From an uncultured Rivularia sp. (GTDB lineage Bacteria > Cyanobacteriota > Cyanobacteriia > Cyanobacteriales > Nostocaceae), in the NCBI GenBank assembly GCA_963665115.1, contig OY762007.1:5824001-5888000 (forward strand): 64,000 nucleotides of DNA, read 5' to 3'. This document shows positions 1 to 10,252 of the stretch, in pieces (the stretch's first letter is position 1; the number at the start of each line of letters is the position of its first letter). Made by a program: the position numbers and the translations under genes. Under the pieces are notes generated by a model. That model had not been told where the DNA came from and did not search any database. It saw only the letters and a program-made list of their open reading frames with translations.

Positions 1-6
1 TGCCCC

Positions 7-1185
7 TTAGTAAGGTAGATATCCTTCCACCAAACAATCAGAACCTACAATTCTCATCTCTACACGTTCCAAAGACAGCGCTTGAGTCATTGTAGTAAAA
101 CCTAAATCTCCTACTGGTGTGGGAGCATTACTCCCACCAATAATTTTTGGGGCTATAAATGCTAATACTTTTTGTACTGCTCCGCTGGCGATCGCACTTG
201 CTGCTAAAACTCCTCCACATTCCCACAGCACGTTACAAAAGCCTAAGTCATATAGATAAGCCATTGCTTTGTCGGGTGTAAGTGGTGATAATTCGACCAC
301 TTCTACGCCTTGCTTTCGTAAATTTTCTTGTACATCTGGATTCGCTCCAGCTTCAGTTAATACAAGGGTAGGTGATTCTTGGGTTTGCCACAAATGTGCT
401 TCTGTAGGTAAGTTTAGAGTGCGACTCATAACAACTCGTAAGGGATTGTGCGCTCCTGCCAAACGGGAAGTTAAGCGGGGATTATCTTGACGTACTGTAT
501 TACCCCCAACAACAACAGCATCGCATCCAGCCCGTAATTCTTTCACTACACTGCGAGCATCTTCATTTGTTACCCAAGCACTATGGCCAGTTGTAGTCGC
601 AATTTTACCATCTAAAGTCATAGCGTATTTCAAAATACCTAAAGGCTTTTTATAAAGAATCCGATGAATAAATCCTTCATTTAACTTACGACAAGCTTCT
701 TCTTCAACTCCCGAAACTACTTCTATTCCAGCTTTTTGCAAACGCCTAATTCCACCACCTGCAACTAAAGGATTTGGATCTACCATACCCACCACAACTT
801 TTGCCAATCCTGCGGCTACTACAGCCTCCGAGCAGGGGGGAGTACGTCCGTGATGATTGCAAGGTTCTAAACTGACGTAAATAGTTGCTCCGCGAGCATT
901 TTCCCCCGCAGCTTTGAGTGCAAAAACTTCCGCATGAGGTTCTCCAGCGCGAGGATGAAAACCTTCCCCAATAATTTCGCCATCTTTGACAATTACTGCT
1001 CCTACCATCGGATTTGGTGAAGTACATCCCAAAGCACGACGAGCCAGTTCTAAACAGCGCTGCATCATCGTTCTGTCAAAATCGCTTCCTATCGCATTAT
1101 CATCGTTTGAACCTGCTTCCACTTTTTCCTTGTTGATATTAGAACCTAATTTATCTGGACTATGTAAGCCTGGAGAATTATTCAT
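7..1185 (-). CDS. ribD: Riboflavin biosynthesis bifunctional deaminase/reductase RibD
   Basis: PNPMVGAVIV, HAE and LEPCNHHGRTPPC deaminase motifs; KYAMTLDGKIA and DNPRLTSR reductase motifs. Confidence 0.97.
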   Translation of the reverse strand: MNNSPGLHSPDKLGSNINKEKVEAGSNDDNAIGSDFDRTMMQRCLELARRALGCTSPNPMVGAVIVKDGEIIGEGFHPRAGEPHAEVFALKAAGENARGATIYVSLEPCNHHGRTPPCSEAVVAAGLAKVVVGMVDPNPLVAGGGIRRLQKAGIEVVSGVEEEACRKLNEGFIHRILYKKPLGILKYAMTLDGKIATTTGHSAWVTNEDARSVVKELRAGCDAVVVGGNTVRQDNPRLTSRLAGAHNPLRVVMSRTLNLPTEAHLWQTQESPTLVLTEAGANPDVQENLRKQGVEVVELSPLTPDKAMAYLYDLGFCNVLWECGGVLAASAIASGAVQKVLAFIAPKIIGGSNAPTPVGDLGFTTMTQALSLERVEMRIVGSDCLVEGYLPY

Positions 1186-1358
1186 AACACGAGGGAACTT
1201 AGATGAGTATTTTTGTGTGAATAGATTTCACTTGACTTCTTGCATCCATATTGCCAGAGCCAGGATAATAAATTCCAAAAAAAATTAAGGAGGAAGCAAT
1301 CAAGCAGCCGTAACTGCGATTCCTTCCTCCTTTGGGAGATGAGTGGGGGAGATGGTAA

Positions 1359-1503
1359 GCCACTGCGTTGGGCGGTGAAACACTTGCGGTGGACGGGTTC
1401 CCCGGCATAAGCAAAGTGTTGAACCCGGAGGGGTTCCCAAGGCAGCGCGTTGCGGAGGTTCCCTCCGTTGTAGCGACTGCCGCCGACTTGTAGCAAGTGG
1501 CGC
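1359..1503. repeat. Nested short dispersed hairpin repeats (three related ~42-nt units)
   Basis: Outer unit gccactgcgttgggcgg...ggttccc...ccgacttgtagcaagtggc is interrupted by related units at 1379-1420 and 1441-1481, each with terminal inverted bases around a ggttccc core. Confidence 0.7.
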
Positions 1504-1583
1504 AACCCGTTCACCGGAGGTGTTCCCGAAGGGTAGGGGGAGACAAGGGGACAAGGAGATGGGGAGAAATAAATTCCTTATTT

Positions 1584-1720
1584 GCTACTCACTACTCACT
1601 ACTCACTACTCGCTACTCACTACTCGCTACTCACTACTCACTACTCACTACTCACTACTTACTACTCGCTACTTACTACTCACTACTCAATACTCACTCC
1701 TAACTCCTAACTCCTAACTC
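1584..1720. repeat. STRR heptamer tandem repeat (CTACTCA)n followed by (CTCCTAA)n
   Basis: 7-nt periodicity directly visible downstream of mreD. Confidence 0.95.
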
Positions 1721-1723
1721 TTT

Positions 1724-2410
1724 TCAGCTAGATTGTTCGGCTAATTTCAACTGCTGCCACCAACGATTTAAAGGATAATAAACCACAGGTGCCCAAAGAC
1801 TGCTGAGAATAGCGGAAGCTAAAGTCACCTTTTTGTAATATGCCCAAATCACATCTGAGCTAGCGGTACCCGCAGCAATTAACTGCAAAGCAAAAATTGT
1901 ATCCGATAACATAGCCATCACGAAAACGATTAAGGCAATAGAAATAAAATCTTCTTGGATGAAACGCTGTTTCTGAAATAAACCGATTAAAAAACCCACA
2001 ATACCTAAACTGATGGCATGAGTTGGCTGGGGTGATGTCATTGCATCTTGAAGCAAACCTAAAACGATACCAGCGAAAGCACCTTGAAAAGCCGAACGCT
2101 TGACACTCCAAACCACAACCCAAATTAATAGCCAGTTAGCTCCAATGCCCAATAATTCCATGCCGGGGAAACGATTGGGTAACAGAAATAAACATAACAA
2201 TACAGAAGCGGCGATTATTCCCCAATCGGTAATTTTACGTAAGCGGGGATGCCAGCGAGAAAGGGGTTTGATGCCCTTTTTAGGTTTTTTCGGTCGTCGG
2301 GATGGGGGTAGCCCGGAAGCTTGTTTTTTGTTCTCTCTCGAAAGTCTGGATGGGGGTAATCCGGAAGTTTGTTTCTTCTTCTGTCTCTCCCGAAATTTGG
2401 GAATTTTCAT
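1724..2410 (-). CDS. mreD: Rod shape-determining protein MreD with basic N-terminal extension
   Basis: NWLLIWVVVWS and GLLQDAMT motifs; downstream of mreB and mreC; start at ATG 2410 is uncertain. Confidence 0.9.
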   Translation of the reverse strand: MKIPKFRERQKKKQTSGLPPSRLSRENKKQASGLPPSRRPKKPKKGIKPLSRWHPRLRKITDWGIIAASVLLCLFLLPNRFPGMELLGIGANWLLIWVVVWSVKRSAFQGAFAGIVLGLLQDAMTSPQPTHAISLGIVGFLIGLFQKQRFIQEDFISIALIVFVMAMLSDTIFALQLIAAGTASSDVIWAYYKKVTLASAILSSLWAPVVYYPLNRWWQQLKLAEQSS

Positions 2411-2585
2411 TTCCTTGTAGCCTTTCTGCCAATTCAATTTTAGATTTCTGACAACTGGATAATGTATTCTTCTTTTGATCAAAAGAAAAAGTTTACAGAT
2501 TTTTGATTTCAGATATTAAATTCAGATTTTAGGATTCAAGGATTTTAGATTATCGCCCCCAACTTTCATTTAGAAGCAAGATTTT

Positions 2586-2616
2586 AATCTAAAATCTAAA
2601 ATCTAAAATCTAAAAT
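2586..2616. repeat. STRR (AAAATCT)n
   Basis: aatctaaaatctaaaatctaaaatctaaaat. Confidence 0.85.
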
Positions 2617-2636
2617 ACCTAGATTTTTTAGTTAAA

Positions 2637-3425
2637 TTACTTTTGTGTATCTTTGTTTGTGGGTGCTGGATTTTCAGGTTTGGGATTAACCGTTACCCAG
2701 TCAAGAGAACGAATCGGCGGAAAAAGTTCTATTGTTGCTACTGATGCCGGAAGTCTCTTTAAATCTAATGATTTGATTTTTCCTATAGGTACGCCCGAAG
2801 GAAACTTGGAACTGTAAGTTGATGTCGCAACCACATCTCCGGGTTTTACGTTGGGAACTTTCTCATAAAATTCCAGCACCGCATCAGCAGAACCATCTCC
2901 TTGTAAAATACCTTTAGCTCCAGTGCGGCTGATATTCACTCCTACTTGTGAATTCATATCGCTGATTAATAAAACGCGGCTCGTATTGGGAGTTACGCTA
3001 TTTATCAACCCAACCAAACCACCTTCAGCCTTGACTATGTAACCTTCCTTTATTCCCATAAGGCTACCGCGATTCAAAGTCACCTGTTGCCACCAATTGT
3101 CTGCACTACGCCCAACCACGCGAGCCGGAATCGGAGGTGCATCTTTTGGCTCTTTTTGTACATACTTTAATAAAGCCTTAATATTCTTATTCTGGCTTTC
3201 TAATTCAACTATCCTAGCTTGCAGTTCCTGTACCTTAGCATCCTTCAGATATTGTTCTTGGTTGGGTTGGGTTTGGAATACTTCAAATGGACGAGTAATA
3301 CTATCGTAAAACTCAACTAAAACTTCACCATGAGTATGTCGAATTGCCAAAGCACCACCAGCGACTATTGCTAATAACCCGAACTGTAACCCCAAACGCT
3401 CCCACCAACGACGTGCAGTAAACAT
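2637..3425 (-). CDS. mreC: Rod shape-determining protein MreC
   Basis: N-terminal TM, coiled coil, ARVVGRS...LNRGS...GLVG...SRVLLISD...FPSGVPIG; mre operon context. Confidence 0.95.
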   Translation of the reverse strand: MFTARRWWERLGLQFGLLAIVAGGALAIRHTHGEVLVEFYDSITRPFEVFQTQPNQEQYLKDAKVQELQARIVELESQNKNIKALLKYVQKEPKDAPPIPARVVGRSADNWWQQVTLNRGSLMGIKEGYIVKAEGGLVGLINSVTPNTSRVLLISDMNSQVGVNISRTGAKGILQGDGSADAVLEFYEKVPNVKPGDVVATSTYSSKFPSGVPIGKIKSLDLKRLPASVATIELFPPIRSLDWVTVNPKPENPAPTNKDTQK

Positions 3426-3522
3426 ATAAACCTTTGTATAACAGAAAGTTTTCTTAATATTTTTAATAGAAAGATATTGAATTCTATTTAGAATCCAATA
3501 TCTTATATAGCGATCGCCTTCC

Positions 3523-4566
3523 CTACATATTTCGAGAACGTGCGCTGAATACCCGTTCCAATTGCTTGAAATTTTCTAACACGCGGCCAGTACCCAAAAC
3601 CACACAGCTTAAAGGATCGGCGGCAACGTGCGTTACAATGCCCGTTTCATGACTGATCAAAGTATCTATACCCTTGAGCAAAGCACCACCACCAGCAAGC
3701 ATAATGCCCCGATCGATAATATCTGCTGCTAATTCTGGAGGTGTGCGCTCTAAAGTCCGCTTCACTGCTTCAATAATAACTGAAAGCGGTTCGGCCATAC
3801 TTTCACGAATTTCTGGTCCTTTAATTGTTACCGTTCTTGGCAAACCAGAAAGCAGATGCAAACCTCTAACTTCCATGATTGCTTCTTCATCATCATGAGT
3901 AGGATAGGCAGAACCGATACGAATCTTGATATCTTCTGCTGTACGTTCCCCAATCACCAGGTTATGAACTTTCTTCATATACCCAATGATTGATTCGGTT
4001 AATTCATCCCCAGCAATACGTACTGATTCGCTCAGTACAGTACCTTGAAGACTCAATACTGCAACTTCAGTGGTACCACCACCAATATCAATAATCATGT
4101 TACCAGTAGGTTCGGCTACCGGCAGTCCCGCTCCAATGGCTGCTGCTACAGGTTCATCGATTAAATAAACCTCTCTTGCCCCTGCTTGAGAAGCAGCATC
4201 CATTACAGCCCTTCTTTCAACCCCAGTCACGCCGCTGGGGATACCAATTACAATCCTGGGTAAAACTAAAGATTTACCTTCGTTTACGCGCTGAATAAAA
4301 TGCTTCAGCATTAGCTCGGCAGTATCAAAGTCAGCAATTACACCATCGCGCAAAGGACGCAAGGCAATCACATTTCCGGGAGTCCTACCGAGCATTTTCT
4401 TAGCATCTTCTCCCACAGCCAGCGCTACCTTTTCGTTTTGATCGATGGCAACAACTGACGGCTCTTGAAGTACAATGCCTTTACCAGAAACATAAACGAG
4501 AGTGTTGGCAGTACCCAGATCGATACCCATATCCCGCGACAAGGAAAACTTACTGAAAAGACCCAC
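3523..4566 (-). CDS. mreB: Actin-like rod shape protein MreB
   Basis: GIDLGTAN, EPSVVA, DIGGGTTE and GGGALL motifs. Confidence 0.99.
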   Translation of the reverse strand: MGLFSKFSLSRDMGIDLGTANTLVYVSGKGIVLQEPSVVAIDQNEKVALAVGEDAKKMLGRTPGNVIALRPLRDGVIADFDTAELMLKHFIQRVNEGKSLVLPRIVIGIPSGVTGVERRAVMDAASQAGAREVYLIDEPVAAAIGAGLPVAEPTGNMIIDIGGGTTEVAVLSLQGTVLSESVRIAGDELTESIIGYMKKVHNLVIGERTAEDIKIRIGSAYPTHDDEEAIMEVRGLHLLSGLPRTVTIKGPEIRESMAEPLSVIIEAVKRTLERTPPELAADIIDRGIMLAGGGALLKGIDTLISHETGIVTHVAADPLSCVVLGTGRVLENFKQLERVFSARSRNM

Positions 4567-4898
4567 GCGCTTTTACGCCCCCTATTCTCGTTACTTTTTA
4601 CAACGTCCGAAATACCGAATCGTGCTGGATTCTATTATTTTTTTTGACCTGAGTCTAGTAAAGCAGATTAACTTTTGATATATCTTTTCCGAATCTTTAC
4701 CATGTTCGGGTCCCTTTAAATTTTATATTCCTAGTCTCGGTAAACTTATCAGTATGCTTTTGTAATTAAAGCATAGTTATTTCTATCATCTATTTGGTAA
4801 TTTTCGTTGTCTATTATTTAACACTACGTCAAATGTGTTGTAATCCGCTATTATATTAATCAATATCTCAAAGTACACCCGTACTAAAAGTAAAACAT

Positions 4899-5258
4899 AT
4901 GAGTATTAATGTTGTTCACCTTGTCGGTCGTGTAGGCACCGACCCCGACATGAAGTATTTTGATTCGGGTAATGTTAAGTGTCGATTAACACTAGCAGTT
5001 GATCGTCGTAGAAAAGACAGCGGCCCTGACTGGTTTAACCTGGAGCTATGGGGAAAAACGGCAGAGATTGCCAATAGTTACGTGCGTAAAGGTAAACAAA
5101 TTGCCGTCAGAGGTTCCTTAAAGCTCGATAGCTGGAACGACCGCTCCACAGGGGTACTTCGTTCTTCGCCAGTTGTAAATGTAGACGACCTACAGTTGTT
5201 AGGTTCCAAGAGAGATTCCGAAGCTGAGATGATCAATAACGATCCGGAACATTTTTAA
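4899..5258 (+). CDS. ssb: Single-stranded DNA-binding protein (short cyanobacterial type)
   Basis: INVVHLVGRVGTDP...LAVDR...DWFNLELWGKTAE...KGKQIAVRGSL OB fold with acidic tail. Confidence 0.93.
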   Translation: MSINVVHLVGRVGTDPDMKYFDSGNVKCRLTLAVDRRRKDSGPDWFNLELWGKTAEIANSYVRKGKQIAVRGSLKLDSWNDRSTGVLRSSPVVNVDDLQLLGSKRDSEAEMINNDPEHF

Positions 5259-5279
5259 TTCATGTTCCTTAGTAGTTAG

Positions 5280-5410
5280 TAGTATTCCACCACATTAATT
5301 CTGCTGGGTAATAAAAATGTAGTGGGAGCGTCTCGCTCCCTTGTTACAACCAGCGAGCTTTCCGGCTCGTGCTCCCCGATACCTCTGAGAACTTATGTGA
5401 TGGAGTGCAA
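5280..5410. mobile_element. MITE-like element with internal GTAG-type REP hairpin (copy 1)
   Basis: Imperfect termini tagtattccaccacat / atgtgatggagtgcaa; 24-nt core tgtagtgggagcgtctcgctccct identical to 22911-22934. Confidence 0.65.
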
Positions 5411-5445
5411 CTAACCACTAACAACTAACAACTAACAACTAACAA

Positions 5446-6189
5446 TTAATAACTAATTTGCAAAGTAACAGATGCTCCCACTTCTTGCTCTCCACCAACT
5501 ACAGGAGTGGGTGCAGCTTCTGCCATTGCTGCTGCGGGAACCGATCTCCGATATACAACTGGTTGCGGTACAGAAGCATTATTAACTTTAATTTGAACTA
5601 TTTCTTTCGACGTTAAACCCAAGCTAGAGAAAACTGCCTTGGCTTGTGTTTGAGCGTCTTGAGTCGCTTCTTTGAGTGCTTGTTGTCGTGCTTGAGTTAT
5701 TTCTTCGTCGGTAGCGACAAAACTAACGCTGTTAATTCGCGTTGCGCCAGCTTTTATTGCTTCATCCAACAATTTACCTGCCATGTCGGTATTAACGCGG
5801 AAACTGACGATATTTGTAGCTTCGTAACCCTCAATTTTCCGTACATTGTCTTTATAACTGTACGTTGGATTAAGCCGAATGCCTGTGGTTTCTAATTTAT
5901 CTACATTCCGCGACTTGAGTAGCGTTACTACAGCATTGGACTTACGAGCTGCTTCTTGCTGTACGCTCGACGGTGCTTTACCTTGAACCTGCACTCCCAA
6001 ACTCACTTCAGACAAACTTGTAGGAATTGTTTCTGTTCCTCGCCCGGTAACTGTTAATGTTCGTAACATTATTTTCTCTTCTGCCCAACCTGGTTGAACC
6101 GAAGCAAGGCTGATTAACAAGGCTATAGGTAAATTCCATAAACTTTTGTAAGTCTGAAATTTATCGCCGAATAATTTTGTTTTATTCAT
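5446..6189 (-). CDS. SIMPL/DUF541 (BP26-like) periplasmic protein
   Basis: Signal-like N-terminus, RTLTVTGRG...GYEATNIVSF...ARQQALKEA...GGEQEVGASVTLQISY; start uncertain. Confidence 0.85.
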   Translation of the reverse strand: MNKTKLFGDKFQTYKSLWNLPIALLISLASVQPGWAEEKIMLRTLTVTGRGTETIPTSLSEVSLGVQVQGKAPSSVQQEAARKSNAVVTLLKSRNVDKLETTGIRLNPTYSYKDNVRKIEGYEATNIVSFRVNTDMAGKLLDEAIKAGATRINSVSFVATDEEITQARQQALKEATQDAQTQAKAVFSSLGLTSKEIVQIKVNNASVPQPVVYRRSVPAAAMAEAAPTPVVGGEQEVGASVTLQISY

Positions 6190-6457
6190 AGTATTTTGAC
6201 TCCTAATTAAATTATTTTCTTGTGATATCTTCCCTGAGTATTTACTCAATTTGAATGTTCCTGTGAAGGTCAATTAGCTTTGAAAAAATAAAAATGTAGC
6301 TTGTACAGAAAAAGATTTATGATTTGATTTAATGACAAATTACTAAGTAGATTGATTTTAAAAGTTGGTACTTACCTAAACCATATTTTTCGGTAAACGC
6401 TCAAGTGTTAGTGCGGCGATCGCCTACCCTCTTAATATAAATAACAAATTAAATTGT

Positions 6458-6510
6458 TCCCTATTCCCTATTCCCTATTCCCTATTCCCCATTCCCCATT
6501 CCCTATTCCC
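6458..6510. repeat. STRR (CCCTATT/CCCCATT)n
   Basis: Heptamer tandem repeat upstream of the EVE gene. Confidence 0.9.
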
Positions 6511-6549
6511 TCTCAACAAATTGTTCTATTAATCAAACTGGATTGCTAT

Positions 6550-6960
6550 ATGAATTGGTTGCTGAAAACCGAACCTAACGAGTATTCTTATACCGACTTA
6601 GAAAAAGAAAATATTGCGGTATGGGATGGAGTCAAAAATGCTCTTGCTTTAAAAAATATGCGTACAATGCTTCCAGGAGAAGAAGTATTCATTTATCACA
6701 CTGGTAAAGAGCGCAGAATTGTGGGAGTTGCACAAGTCGCCAATACTGCGTATCCCGATCCTAAATTAACTGATACCAAGAGATTAGTTATAGACATACG
6801 AGCAGTTCGGAAATTGCCAGAGCCTATTACTTTAGCGCAAATAAAGCAAGACGAAAAATTTGCAGGTTTTGAATTAATACGCTTACCAAGACTATCAATA
6901 GTTCCAGTTTTACCCCAATATTGGCAGCGCTTGTTAGAAATGGCAGGTAGTTCAAGCTGA
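6550..6960 (+). CDS. EVE domain-containing protein
   Basis: MNWLLKTEP..YSY..L...WDGVKN..A...FIYHTG...RLSIVPV; ATG 6550 chosen because the track's upstream extension runs through the STRR. Confidence 0.92.
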   Translation: MNWLLKTEPNEYSYTDLEKENIAVWDGVKNALALKNMRTMLPGEEVFIYHTGKERRIVGVAQVANTAYPDPKLTDTKRLVIDIRAVRKLPEPITLAQIKQDEKFAGFELIRLPRLSIVPVLPQYWQRLLEMAGSSS

Positions 6961-6973
6961 TTTTGACATAAAG

Positions 6974-7101
6974 GCGTTAAGCCTTAGCGGAGCGTGTCCG
7001 GAGGACATAAGAGATAGCTCTACCGAAGGTAATCGCACGGTTGAAGCGTTTTCAATTAGACTGTTCCCGGCGATTACCTTCGGTAGAGCTTCGCTTAACG
7101 C
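6974..7101. repeat. Inverted pair of very short dispersed repeats inserted in HIP1 sites
   Basis: GCG[ttaagcgaagctctaccgaaggta]ATCGC on the minus strand at 7070-7101; plus-strand copy at 6974-7036 carries a further ~30-nt insert. Confidence 0.75.
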
Positions 7102-8175
7102 TTAATCGTTTAATTATGACAACTAATTATGACAACTTTCCTGATTGGAGTTGCAATCGCAGGTAAAGTTATCACAGGTTTTAATGTTTTCAATCAATCT
7201 CAAATCACGTTATTGAAGTGGGATTACTGCTTAAGAGAATTGAAACCGATACTCTGTGGTATTACGGTAAAATTCCTCAACAAGCAGCTAGAAGCATTGC
7301 TGAAATTGCTTTAAAACCTTGCTGCTTGAGTTCTCTTAACTAGCAATAAAGGCTCTGCCTGGATTCTATAAGAACACAAGCGCCCATCTGAGGCATAAAG
7401 AGTCGGTTAATTGTTTTGGTTCCAAGCATCGTTAGTTGCTAAGAAGCAAATAATTTGACTTGGCTTTGTTCGAGAAGCAACAATTAAAAAATCTCCAACT
7501 TCGCTGCGATGTCAATAACTGTAAATCTTATAACTAAAAATTGTGACAGATATAAGTAAAATCTCATTGAATATTGTTCAACTAAGCATTTTCACTTCAG
7601 TGAACGAGTCATAAAATTATTTATGTTGTGATTACTTATTATACATGCGGGAAACTTCCTTATTAAAATCTCCGTCCCCTAAGCAGCAGTAGTTTTTTAG
7701 AATTTGTAAAATCAGCTGCTTGAATATTTATTCAACTCCTGCATCTCACCATCTTATTTTAAAGCTGATAATTCTAACAGGCGTGCATAAATTACCGCTT
7801 CAGCAAACTACATTTCACAAATACCATTTTCCCAAATCAAGTGTTTTGACTAGTATTAACTGCAATAGTTAATTCTAGTAATCTTGTTGTGGGTGTGATT
7901 ATTATGCTCTATATGATACGTAGATTTCTCTCGCCACAAGGACATACAAGAATTATTTCTTATGCTAGAATTTCTTGCCAACAGCTAATTACGTCTTTTC
8001 TAAGAAGCATTTTCTATTGTGGGCGTATATTAGTAAAAAAATGTCTGCCCTGGGAAGCACCGTTGGTAACATACTTATCTTTAATAAAAGTTCTCGCTTA
8101 GATGATATGAGCAAGAACTGAAACTTTTTAGCGATTATAACCGCTCTATCAAAATGCGACTTAGGAGAAAGCACC

Positions 8176-10116
8176 TTGAAACTACACTGGTTAATACCTG
8201 GGACTTTTTTAACTGTCTCCCTGTTATCGTCGCCTGCGGATGCAGCAAAACTAAAATCTTGGGATTTTGACGCTAATCAAAACAGCCTAGAATTTAATAC
8301 TGATGCTGCTGTACAACCAAAGGCACAACTAATTTTTAGCCCAACTCGCGTGGTAATTGATTTACCCGGAGTTGAATTCGGTCGTCCGCAGCTTAAAAAA
8401 CCTGTAGGTGGTGCTATCAAGACTGTCCGTATCGGTCAATTCGACCCCAAAACTACACGTATGGTGGTTGAATTAAGCCCCGGCTATACATTAGACCCAA
8501 ATCAAATCAAATTTGAAGGAATAAGTCCGAGTCGTTGGAAGGTAAAATTACCGCAACCGCAACTTGAGAAAGCACAAGTTGAGGAAAAATCTATCTACAG
8601 CGTAGTGCGAACCGGCAATACCACACCAAGCAATACGTCTAACAGCGTAGTACGAACCAGCAATAGTCCACCTACTAATACATCTAATAGCAATCAAACG
8701 GTAATCAAAACTGCCCAAGGAACGGCTCAAATCGAAAGAGTACTTCCCACGGGTGATGGTTTTTTTGTACGTACAAGTGGTGGTAAACCATCTGGGGTAA
8801 GAGTTTACCGCATCGGCAAAAAATTTATCAATGTAGATATTTCTGGAGCCAGATTATCCTCTAGCTTACCGCGCAACGAATTTCCCATGAATCGTTTTGG
8901 TGTAAAGGGAGTTGAATTCAAGCAAGTAAGCTCAACAACTGCTCGTATTACTTTGCGGGTAAACCAAAATAGCCCTAATTGGCGAGCTTCAGTTAGCAGT
9001 TTTGGTGGTGTAGTGCTGCTACCTAATGGTTCGGTTAGCAATTTGCCTACAAACAGCAACCCTAGCCCAGTGATAAATCAACCGATATCTTCTCCGCCGC
9101 CAGTTGCTTCAATTAGTACATCTTCTGTAGCTGAAATTAAATCCGTTGAATTGGAAGACAACGGTAAAAAATTAGTTGTTAAAGCGAACAAATCTTTATC
9201 TGGAAGCACCAGTGGTTGGGATAAAACTACTGCAATGTACCGAATTCTGATTCCCAATGCTCGCTTAGCACCCTCTGTAAAAGGCCCAGATTTTAAACCC
9301 AACAGTTCGGTTTTGCGGGTACGTATGCGACAGCAAAATGCAAATACTGTTGCTATCTACGTTTTGCCAGCATCTCAAGTCAGTTTCGGCAGACTTAATG
9401 TTCGAGGAGATAAATTATCATTATTGTTGCAGCGTAGTACTAATGCAGTCAGGCCGCCAGTTGTTTTACCTCCCATTCCACGACCAAATCCAGTTGCGGG
9501 TGCCAAACCTAGACCTGTACCTGTTCCGGCTCCTGCTAAGCCTAAGCCAAATCCAGCGCCAAGACCGGCTCCTACTGGACGAATAGTAGTTATGATTGAC
9601 CCCGGACATGGCGGTAAAGATCCAGGTGCAATTGGTATTGGTGGGCTGCGAGAAAAAGACGTAATCTTACCTATCAGTAAAAAAGTTGCTGAAATACTGC
9701 GGAAAAATGGAGTTAACGCAGTACTCACCCGTAACACTGACTATTTTGTCAGCTTAAAAGGTCGAGTCGTCATGTCTGAAAGACGCGATGCCGATCTATT
9801 TGTCAGCATCCATGCCAATTCTATGGGTTTAAGTCGTCCCGATATTAACGGTTTGGAAGTTTATTACTACAACAGCGGTAAAAGACTCGCCGATGCTGTT
9901 CGTAAGGGCATTACTCGAAAGGTCAAAATTAGAGACCGAGGAATACGACGAGCTAGATTTTACGTACTTCGCAAAACTTCGATGCCAGCAATTTTGGTAG
10001 AAACTGGTTATGTTACGGGTAGAGAGGATGCCGCGAAACTAAAACAAACTTCGTTCCGAAATCAAATGGCAGAAGGAATTGCCGATGGAATTCTTCGGTA
10101 TCTGAAACGTAGGTAA
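8176..10116 (+). CDS. amiC1: N-acetylmuramoyl-L-alanine amidase AmiC1 (signal peptide, AMIN domains, Pro-rich linker, Amidase_3)
   Basis: PTRVVIDLPG AMIN motif; IDPGHGGKDPGA, SIHAN and ILVETG catalytic motifs; first of the tandem pair before murI. Confidence 0.9.
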   Translation: MKLHWLIPGTFLTVSLLSSPADAAKLKSWDFDANQNSLEFNTDAAVQPKAQLIFSPTRVVIDLPGVEFGRPQLKKPVGGAIKTVRIGQFDPKTTRMVVELSPGYTLDPNQIKFEGISPSRWKVKLPQPQLEKAQVEEKSIYSVVRTGNTTPSNTSNSVVRTSNSPPTNTSNSNQTVIKTAQGTAQIERVLPTGDGFFVRTSGGKPSGVRVYRIGKKFINVDISGARLSSSLPRNEFPMNRFGVKGVEFKQVSSTTARITLRVNQNSPNWRASVSSFGGVVLLPNGSVSNLPTNSNPSPVINQPISSPPPVASISTSSVAEIKSVELEDNGKKLVVKANKSLSGSTSGWDKTTAMYRILIPNARLAPSVKGPDFKPNSSVLRVRMRQQNANTVAIYVLPASQVSFGRLNVRGDKLSLLLQRSTNAVRPPVVLPPIPRPNPVAGAKPRPVPVPAPAKPKPNPAPRPAPTGRIVVMIDPGHGGKDPGAIGIGGLREKDVILPISKKVAEILRKNGVNAVLTRNTDYFVSLKGRVVMSERRDADLFVSIHANSMGLSRPDINGLEVYYYNSGKRLADAVRKGITRKVKIRDRGIRRARFYVLRKTSMPAILVETGYVTGREDAAKLKQTSFRNQMAEGIADGILRYLKRR

Positions 10117-10205
10117 AAATATATAAATGAATTACAAGCAGTGAGTAAAGTTGGGTAAATTTACTCATCAAAAATTGTCATCCTAAATCGAAAAGAGCGG
10201 TTATT

Positions 10206-10252
10206 ATGGGGGAATTATTGTTCGGAAGCGAGCAATAATTCCCCCATTTTTT
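10206..10252 (+). terminator. Intrinsic terminator after amiC1
   Basis: atgggggaattattg...caataattcccccat stem followed by a T run. Confidence 0.8.

Noticed and set aside
1182..1717. Several overlapping ORFs (e.g. ...THYSLLTTRYSLL...)
   Set aside because: Translations of nested repeats and heptamer STRRs with no protein family signal
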